In this document: positions 58,621 through 64,000 of the stretch, piece by piece | Numbering within the stretch: position 1 is the first letter of the stretch | Layout: each line of letters starts with the position of its first letter | Translations under genes and position numbers: made by a program | NCBI GenBank assembly: GCA_963666055.2 | Contig: CAXWPH010000015.1 | Coordinates: 384,001-448,000 of the forward strand | DNA length: 64,000 nucleotides | From: Acidobacteriota bacterium | Lineage (GTDB): Bacteria > Acidobacteriota > UBA890 > WLXD01 | Direction of reading: 5' to 3' | The notes under the pieces: generated by a model | Seen by the model: only the letters and a program-made list of their open reading frames with translations | Databases searched by the model: none | What the model was told of the DNA's origin: nothing

Positions 58621-58840
58621 CTCTTCGACCCCCTCGCAGTTGACTCGAACCCGTGACGTCATTCTAGTGGCCAGGGTCGTGGGGCGCGCGCCATGCGACC
58701 TATCGCTCGCCGCAGCCGCCAACTATCCTAGGCGAGCGTCAAACCGATTCGGCGTACTCCAACATTGGCTGGATGCCTTGGTGCGCTCCGCCGCCGTCGC
58801 CGCGAATCGATCTACCGGATCCCCATCAAGGAGAGCTGCG

Positions 58841-59647
58841 ATGTATCGTTCCCGCTCCGCTTGCCTGAGCCTCCTCGTCATCGGCATGTTGACCGTCGGC
58901 TGCAGCGGAGGCGGCGAGCCACCGGCCGAGCCGGTCGACGCCGCCGAACCTGAACCCGTTTCGGTGCTGGATCATCCGGCTCGCAGCGAAGACGATCACT
59001 ACCGCGACGCTGGCTTCAAGCCACTCGAAGTCTACGAGTTCTTCGACATCGGCCCGGGCACGACGGTGGGCGACCTGTGGCCTGGCGGCGGTTACAACAC
59101 GGCAATACTGGCGCAGCTCGTCGGTGACGACGGCCGCGTCGTGGCAATTCTGGGGCCGGAACCCGCCGATCCGGAGCGCGTCGCTCGAAGCCGTGAGCGT
59201 TTCGCAGGGCGCCTGGACCCGTTCGGGTTCGCCAACCTCGAGGTCGTCGCCGACCCGACGGAGGTGCCGGAAAACACCCTCGACGTGCTGCTGACGGTTC
59301 GCAACTACCATGACCTCGGCGACGCACCGGACCGCCTCGCGGCCCTGCCTGCGTTCATGCGCGTGCTCAAGCCGGGAGGAATCTTCGCCGTCGTCGACGC
59401 CCAGACCGACAAGCCCGACGAGCGTGACGAACCGGTTCATCGCATCAACGATGAGCTGTCGCGCCAGGAGATCACCTCGGCCGGTTTCGAGTTTGTCGAG
59501 GCTTCGGACGTGCTTCTGAACCCCGATGACACGTACGATTTCGATGGACGCGAACGCGCCGGGGAAGATGGTGCCGAAGCCGATGCCCCGATTCACCGGT
59601 ACTACCTGCACCGTTTCGTTCATAAGTACCGCAAGCCGGTCGAGTAA
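58841..59647 (+). CDS. Lipoprotein class I SAM-dependent methyltransferase-like protein
   Basis: Lipobox TVGC; FFDIGPGTTVGDLWPGGGYNT, RNYHD, LKPGG, HRI. Confidence 0.8.
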   Translation: MYRSRSACLSLLVIGMLTVGCSGGGEPPAEPVDAAEPEPVSVLDHPARSEDDHYRDAGFKPLEVYEFFDIGPGTTVGDLWPGGGYNTAILAQLVGDDGRVVAILGPEPADPERVARSRERFAGRLDPFGFANLEVVADPTEVPENTLDVLLTVRNYHDLGDAPDRLAALPAFMRVLKPGGIFAVVDAQTDKPDERDEPVHRINDELSRQEITSAGFEFVEASDVLLNPDDTYDFDGRERAGEDGAEADAPIHRYYLHRFVHKYRKPVE

Positions 59648-59735
59648 CTGTTTGCCTCGGGCAGTCCGGCATCGCGGGTGGTGAGCGTCTGACGACTCGC
59701 GGCTCTCGACGCCGCCTCAATAGGGAGAACACAGG

Positions 59736-60515
59736 ATGTACAAACCAACCTACCGTTGGACACTGGCGCTGGCGCTAATCGGGGGCCTTGCCACGATCGG
59801 CTGCGGGGCCACCGAGCCGGCTGCCGAGGCGCCTCCCGTGGAGGAGCCGGCAGATCCGGTGCCCGCGGGACTCGACCGGGGCGTCTTGGCTGATGCGGCC
59901 CGCCCTGAGGAAGAGGTCGCGCAGGACGAGTATCGCAAGGCCATCGACGTGTACGAGTTCTTCGGCATCGAGCCCGGCATGACGGTTGCCGACGTGTGGC
60001 CGGGAGCCGGCTACAACACGCACCTGCTGTCGCGACTCATGGGCGACGAGGGCACGGTGTACGCGGTGATGGAATTTTACGCCGACGGAGAGTTCGCCAC
60101 GCTCGACGCGCTCACCGAGCGCATCGAGGCCAGCGGGCTCAGCAACGTGCAGGTGGTGACGAACATCCCCGACGTTCCGGCGGGAAGCCTCGACGTAGCG
60201 GTGGCGGTCCGTAACTACCACGATGCTGAACAGTTCGGCAACGGCCGCCAGGCTACTGTCGCCCAGTTGCTGGACGTCATGAAATCCGGCGGCATCGTCG
60301 GTATCGTCGAGGTCGCGACCCCACACGAAGGTTGGCACGAGGACACCCACCGCCTGAACGAACAGACGGTGATCGACGAGTTCACGGCGGGCGGATTCGA
60401 GCTCGCCGGGAGCTCGGATATCCTCCGCAACCCCGACGACGACCACACTACAGCCGGCTTCGCGGACGGGCGTTACAAGACGGACCGCTACGTGCTCAAG
60501 TTCCGTAAGCCTTAG
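59736..60515 (+). CDS. Lipoprotein class I SAM-dependent methyltransferase-like protein
   Basis: Lipobox TIGC; FFGIEPGMTVADVWPGAGYNT, RNYHD, TDRYVLKFRKP. Confidence 0.85.
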   Translation: MYKPTYRWTLALALIGGLATIGCGATEPAAEAPPVEEPADPVPAGLDRGVLADAARPEEEVAQDEYRKAIDVYEFFGIEPGMTVADVWPGAGYNTHLLSRLMGDEGTVYAVMEFYADGEFATLDALTERIEASGLSNVQVVTNIPDVPAGSLDVAVAVRNYHDAEQFGNGRQATVAQLLDVMKSGGIVGIVEVATPHEGWHEDTHRLNEQTVIDEFTAGGFELAGSSDILRNPDDDHTTAGFADGRYKTDRYVLKFRKP

Positions 60516-60632
60516 GCCGCCGCCTCGATGAATTGAGGCAGGCCAAACGCGGTCCCGACATCGAGGGCGGCCGGTCGACGATCGGTCGCCCTTGTTGCAT
60601 CCAGGCGCGTCTCGTCGCCAACCGCCGAGCCT

Positions 60633-61244
60633 TCAGGCGGCTTGCTCCACCGGATCCTCTGGCTCCTCCGACGGCTTCTCGACCGGCAAACCGGCGTGCA
60701 GCTTCAGCAGCACTTCCGCGTAAGCGCGCAGATCGGCCGTGGGGGCCTTCCCCGCACTGATCTGCTGGAGCCGGGCCATCACCGTCTTGAGCGCTATCTC
60801 AGCACCTTCCTCGGGCTCGATGACGACCAACCCCTCCGCCGGCGAGCCGCCCAGACCCAGGCGCGACAACCGCGGTGGGGTGAGCAGGTAGGCGAGCGTC
60901 TGGGGATGTACGCGAAAGTCCCGACGGCGTTGTGCAGGGGCTGCGTAGCTGCGCTTGCCGGTGTAGAAAGTTGCTGCCGAGGGGGGTGAATAGACGATGT
61001 ACGCGCCGGGCACCTGATCGGCGAGATGCTCGCCGAGCCGGTTCGACACCACCATACGCGCAACCTGATACGCCCGGCGGCGGTCAACACCCGCGACGAT
61101 GCCATACCGCGCCGTTTCTTGCTCGGTGTCGCGCAGCAGCTCGTTGACCGCGCCGCGCCAAGGACTCAGCGGCGAATAGGTATGGCGGAAGTAACGCAGC
61201 TGATCCAAGCCGCGTCGCAGTGCGCAGAGAAAATCGCTCAGCAT
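60633..61244 (-). CDS. Hypothetical protein
   Basis: ORF filling the intergenic space, GAGG RBS before ATG 61244; no recognised motif. Confidence 0.5.
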   Translation of the reverse strand: MLSDFLCALRRGLDQLRYFRHTYSPLSPWRGAVNELLRDTEQETARYGIVAGVDRRRAYQVARMVVSNRLGEHLADQVPGAYIVYSPPSAATFYTGKRSYAAPAQRRRDFRVHPQTLAYLLTPPRLSRLGLGGSPAEGLVVIEPEEGAEIALKTVMARLQQISAGKAPTADLRAYAEVLLKLHAGLPVEKPSEEPEDPVEQAA

Positions 61245-61353
61245 CGCCTCGCTCCCGATCGCTCGGCTGGCTGCGGGCGCGGTGTCGCGCCAGGCTGCGG
61301 CCAGTATACGGCGGCGGAGCGAACCGTGCAGCGACCTGCTAGTGTCCCGCCTC

Positions 61354-62343
61354 ATGAGCGATCTGCAGCTGCCGGGAATCGACGATGTCCGGGCCGCCGT
61401 ATCGCGGGTTGAGCCTTACCTGCACCGGACGCCCCTGCTTTCGTCGCGCACGCTTTCCGAGCACACCGGCCTCGAAGTATGGCTCAAGTGTGAGTGCCTG
61501 CAAAAGACGGGCTCGTTCAAGCCGCGCGGCGCCCTCAATCGTATAGCGACGCTCTCACAGGAGCAGCGCGATGCCGGCGTGATAACGATCTCAGCCGGCA
61601 ACAATGCCCAGGGTGTCGCCTTTGCAGCGCGCATCGCAGGCGTGCACGCAGTCTTGGTCATGCCGGAAACGGCGCTGGCGAGCAAGGTCGCAGCGACGCG
61701 CGCCTACGGAGCCGAGGTGGTCCTGCATGGCGACGTGCACGCCGCGTTCGAGAAGCTCGAGGAGCTGCGCCACGACCGCTCGCTCACCCTGCTACACCCC
61801 TTCGATGATCCGATGTTGATCGCCGGCCACGGCACACTCGGCCTCGAGATTGACGCACAGATGCCCGAAACGCAGGCAATCGTGTGCGGGGTTGGCGGCG
61901 GAGGTCTTTGTGGCGGACTGGGGGTGGTCTGCGACGGGCTCGGCAAGGGTACGCGCCTGTTCGCGGTCGAACCCGAAGGCGCGCCAACCATGACCGCGGC
62001 AATTGCGGCAGGCGAGCCGGTGCGGCTCGAGCACGTCGAGTCAATCGCCGACGGGCTCGCCCCGCCGTTCGTCGGGCATCTGAACCTCGAGGCAGCACAG
62101 CGCTTCGTCGAGCAGGTGGCGCTAGTATCCGACGAAGAGATCCGTCACGCTCTCGGGCTCGTGCTCGAACGAGCGAAGCTGCTTATCGAGCCGTCCGCCG
62201 CCGCTCCGGTCGCGGCTCTCCTAGAAGGCCGATTGCCATTGGAACCGGGCACCCGCGTGGTCGTGGTCCTCTCGGGCGGGAACCTCGACCTCGACACGCT
62301 CGCCGCACTCCTCCCCACACGCACGTCGAGGCAGATCTCATGA
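61354..62343 (+). CDS. Threonine/serine dehydratase (PLP, fold type II)
   Basis: LKCECLQKTGSFKPRG, SAGNNAQG, HPFDD, GGGGL, SGGN. Confidence 0.9.
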   Translation: MSDLQLPGIDDVRAAVSRVEPYLHRTPLLSSRTLSEHTGLEVWLKCECLQKTGSFKPRGALNRIATLSQEQRDAGVITISAGNNAQGVAFAARIAGVHAVLVMPETALASKVAATRAYGAEVVLHGDVHAAFEKLEELRHDRSLTLLHPFDDPMLIAGHGTLGLEIDAQMPETQAIVCGVGGGGLCGGLGVVCDGLGKGTRLFAVEPEGAPTMTAAIAAGEPVRLEHVESIADGLAPPFVGHLNLEAAQRFVEQVALVSDEEIRHALGLVLERAKLLIEPSAAAPVAALLEGRLPLEPGTRVVVVLSGGNLDLDTLAALLPTRTSRQIS

Positions 62344-64000
62344 CAAGCAACCGACAGCCGGCGAGATTTGGCGCGCTGCTCGTGCTCGGTGTTCTTACAC
62401 TGGTCGCGCCTGACCTGTCAGCGCAGGAGCCACAGACAGAGCAAGCACCGCCAGAGCAACAGCAACGCGTAGAGCAGATCATCACGGTCACTGCGACGCG
62501 CCGTCCGTTCGACCTAGAGGAGATCTCCGCCCACGCGATCGTCGTATCCTCCGACCAGCTTCGCCAGCGCCCGGCGCTGGGGCTCGACGAGGCGCTTCGT
62601 TGGGCGCCGCAGTTCAGCCTGCTACGGCGTAGCCCGGCACGCGCCGCCCACCCTACGTCGCAAGGTTTGAACCTGCGCGGCGTGTCCCCCAGCGGTACGA
62701 GCCGCGCACTTCTTTTGCTCGATGGGCTGCCGCTGACCGATGCATTCGGCGGCTGGGTGTACTGGAGCCGCACGCCATCGCTCCTCATCGAGCGTGTCGA
62801 GATAGTGCTCGGCGGCGCTTCGGGGGCGTTCGGCAACCAGGCGCTGGCCGGTACCGTGCAGATCGTGGCCCGCACGCCGCCGGCGAGCCGTGCAAGCATC
62901 CAGGTGCACGGGCTCGGCGGCAGCCAGGCGACCTTTCGTGGCGGCTTTGCGCTGAGCGCCGGCAATTCGAAGCGCGGCCTGATCCTGGCCGCGGACGCGT
63001 TCGACACGCGCGGCTACATCGCCGTGAGCGAGGCGGATCGCGGACCGGTGGACGAAGAAGTAGCGACGAGTCACCAGACGGCGATGCTACGCGCCCGCCT
63101 GGCGCCCGGGCTGCTGGCCGGGCTCGAGGTCTTCCACGAGGCTCGTAACAACGGCACCCCTGAGCAGACCAACTCGACGCGCGCATTCGGCGCCAGTCTG
63201 TCCTATAGCGGCGGCACCGCCACCAATGGCCATCGGCTCGCCGGGTTCGCGCGCCGACAGCGGTTTCGCAGTCGGTTCTCGAGCGTGATCGCGGCGCGCT
63301 CGCGGGAGCTGGCAGTGCTGGACCAGGAAGTTCCATCCTGGGAGACGGGCATCGGCGCCAACGCCTGGCGTCAGTACAGTAGCGGTCTGGTGCTGGGCGC
63401 TGGACTCGACTGGCGGCGGGTCGGCGGGGTGAGTCGCGAGGATGTTCTCCTGGCGGGATTCTCGCGCCAACCGGGCGGTACCCAGAACGTCGGGGGGCTC
63501 TTCGTTTCGGCACAGACACGCGTCGGAGATTCGTGGCACCTGGACGCCTCGCTGCGCGGCGACGGATGGCACAACAACCCGCGCGACCCGAACGCAGAAT
63601 CTCGATCGCAGTCCACCGTCTCGTCGCGTGCCGGCGTGGTCTTCAGCCCAGGGGGCGACTGGAGGCTGCGGGCCGCAGCGTATCGATCGTTCCGCGCACC
63701 AACACTCAACGAGCTGTATCGCCAGTTCCGCGTCGGCAACGTCTCGACCAGCGCCAACGACGAGCTCACCGAAGAACGCCTCACTGGCGCCGAGATCGGG
63801 GCCGACTGGTCGTCGGGCAGCCCCACCGCCGGGGGTCGAGTGCGAATCGGAATCACGGGCTACTGGAACAGGCTGCGCGACGCGGTGGTCAATGCCACTG
63901 TCGGCGCTACGTCGACGCTGATCTTGCGCCAACGGCGGAACCTCGGCGCCGCTACCGTGCGCGGAGTCGAGATCGACGCTTCGGTGCAGCGCGGCGGGTT
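62340..64000 (+). CDS. TonB-dependent receptor (runs off the window end)
   Basis: Manual translation: signal peptide, EQIITVTATR, HPTSQGLNLRGVSPSGTSRALLLLDG, FRAPTLNELYR. Confidence 0.85.
   Translation, partial: MTSNRQPARFGALLVLGVLTLVAPDLSAQEPQTEQAPPEQQQRVEQIITVTATRRPFDLEEISAHAIVVSSDQLRQRPALGLDEALRWAPQFSLLRRSPARAAHPTSQGLNLRGVSPSGTSRALLLLDGLPLTDAFGGWVYWSRTPSLLIERVEIVLGGASGAFGNQALAGTVQIVARTPPASRASIQVHGLGGSQATFRGGFALSAGNSKRGLILAADAFDTRGYIAVSEADRGPVDEEVATSHQTAMLRARLAPGLLAGLEVFHEARNNGTPEQTNSTRAFGASLSYSGGTATNGHRLAGFARRQRFRSRFSSVIAARSRELAVLDQEVPSWETGIGANAWRQYSSGLVLGAGLDWRRVGGVSREDVLLAGFSRQPGGTQNVGGLFVSAQTRVGDSWHLDASLRGDGWHNNPRDPNAESRSQSTVSSRAGVVFSPGGDWRLRAAAYRSFRAPTLNELYRQFRVGNVSTSANDELTEERLTGAEIGADWSSGSPTAGGRVRIGITGYWNRLRDAVVNATVGATSTLILRQRRNLGAATVRGVEIDASVQRGG

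Noticed and set aside
567-63932. Long antisense or alternate-frame ORFs (e.g. 6318-7847, 8418-9965, 15674-17056, 57028-58185, 63087-63932)
   Set aside because: These are shadow ORFs over well-supported genes, as expected at high GC.

Overview
GC-rich (~65-70%) bacterial window, most likely from Acidobacteriota. This is inferred from the gene repertoire: CRTAC1/ASPIC-UnbV, CehA/McbA hydrolases, PQQ-like propellers, an ADOP permease fragment and Ser/Thr kinase-TolB propeller fusions. It is an accessory region of about 50 CDS, mostly secreted hydrolases and oxidoreductases, small cassette-type genes and receptor-like kinases. No rRNA, tRNA, CRISPR array, transposase or integrase was seen. Highlights: (1) two hidden selenoprotein genes, an ArsM-like methyltransferase (WTG-UGA-IAG) and a DsrE-like protein (YV-UGA-GGC), each with a SECIS-like hairpin. 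(2) A 279-bp MITE-like element with 34-bp terminal inverted repeats and a two-arm internal fold, present as three full copies and three orphan ends, always co-oriented with transcription. (3) A cluster of Ser/Thr kinase-derived units sharing a promoter/leader; in one unit a sulfatase has replaced the kinase body and kept both kinase ends. (4) A Tat-signal Rieske oxygenase coupled to a Tat-signal SpdH-like flavoprotein, with no reductase nearby. (5) An enolase homologue lacking two conserved histidines, paired with a glycerate-kinase homologue. (6) Decayed integron-cassette (attC-like) remnants. Several 1-2 nt frameshifts in homopolymers or short repeats are probably sequencing or assembly errors.
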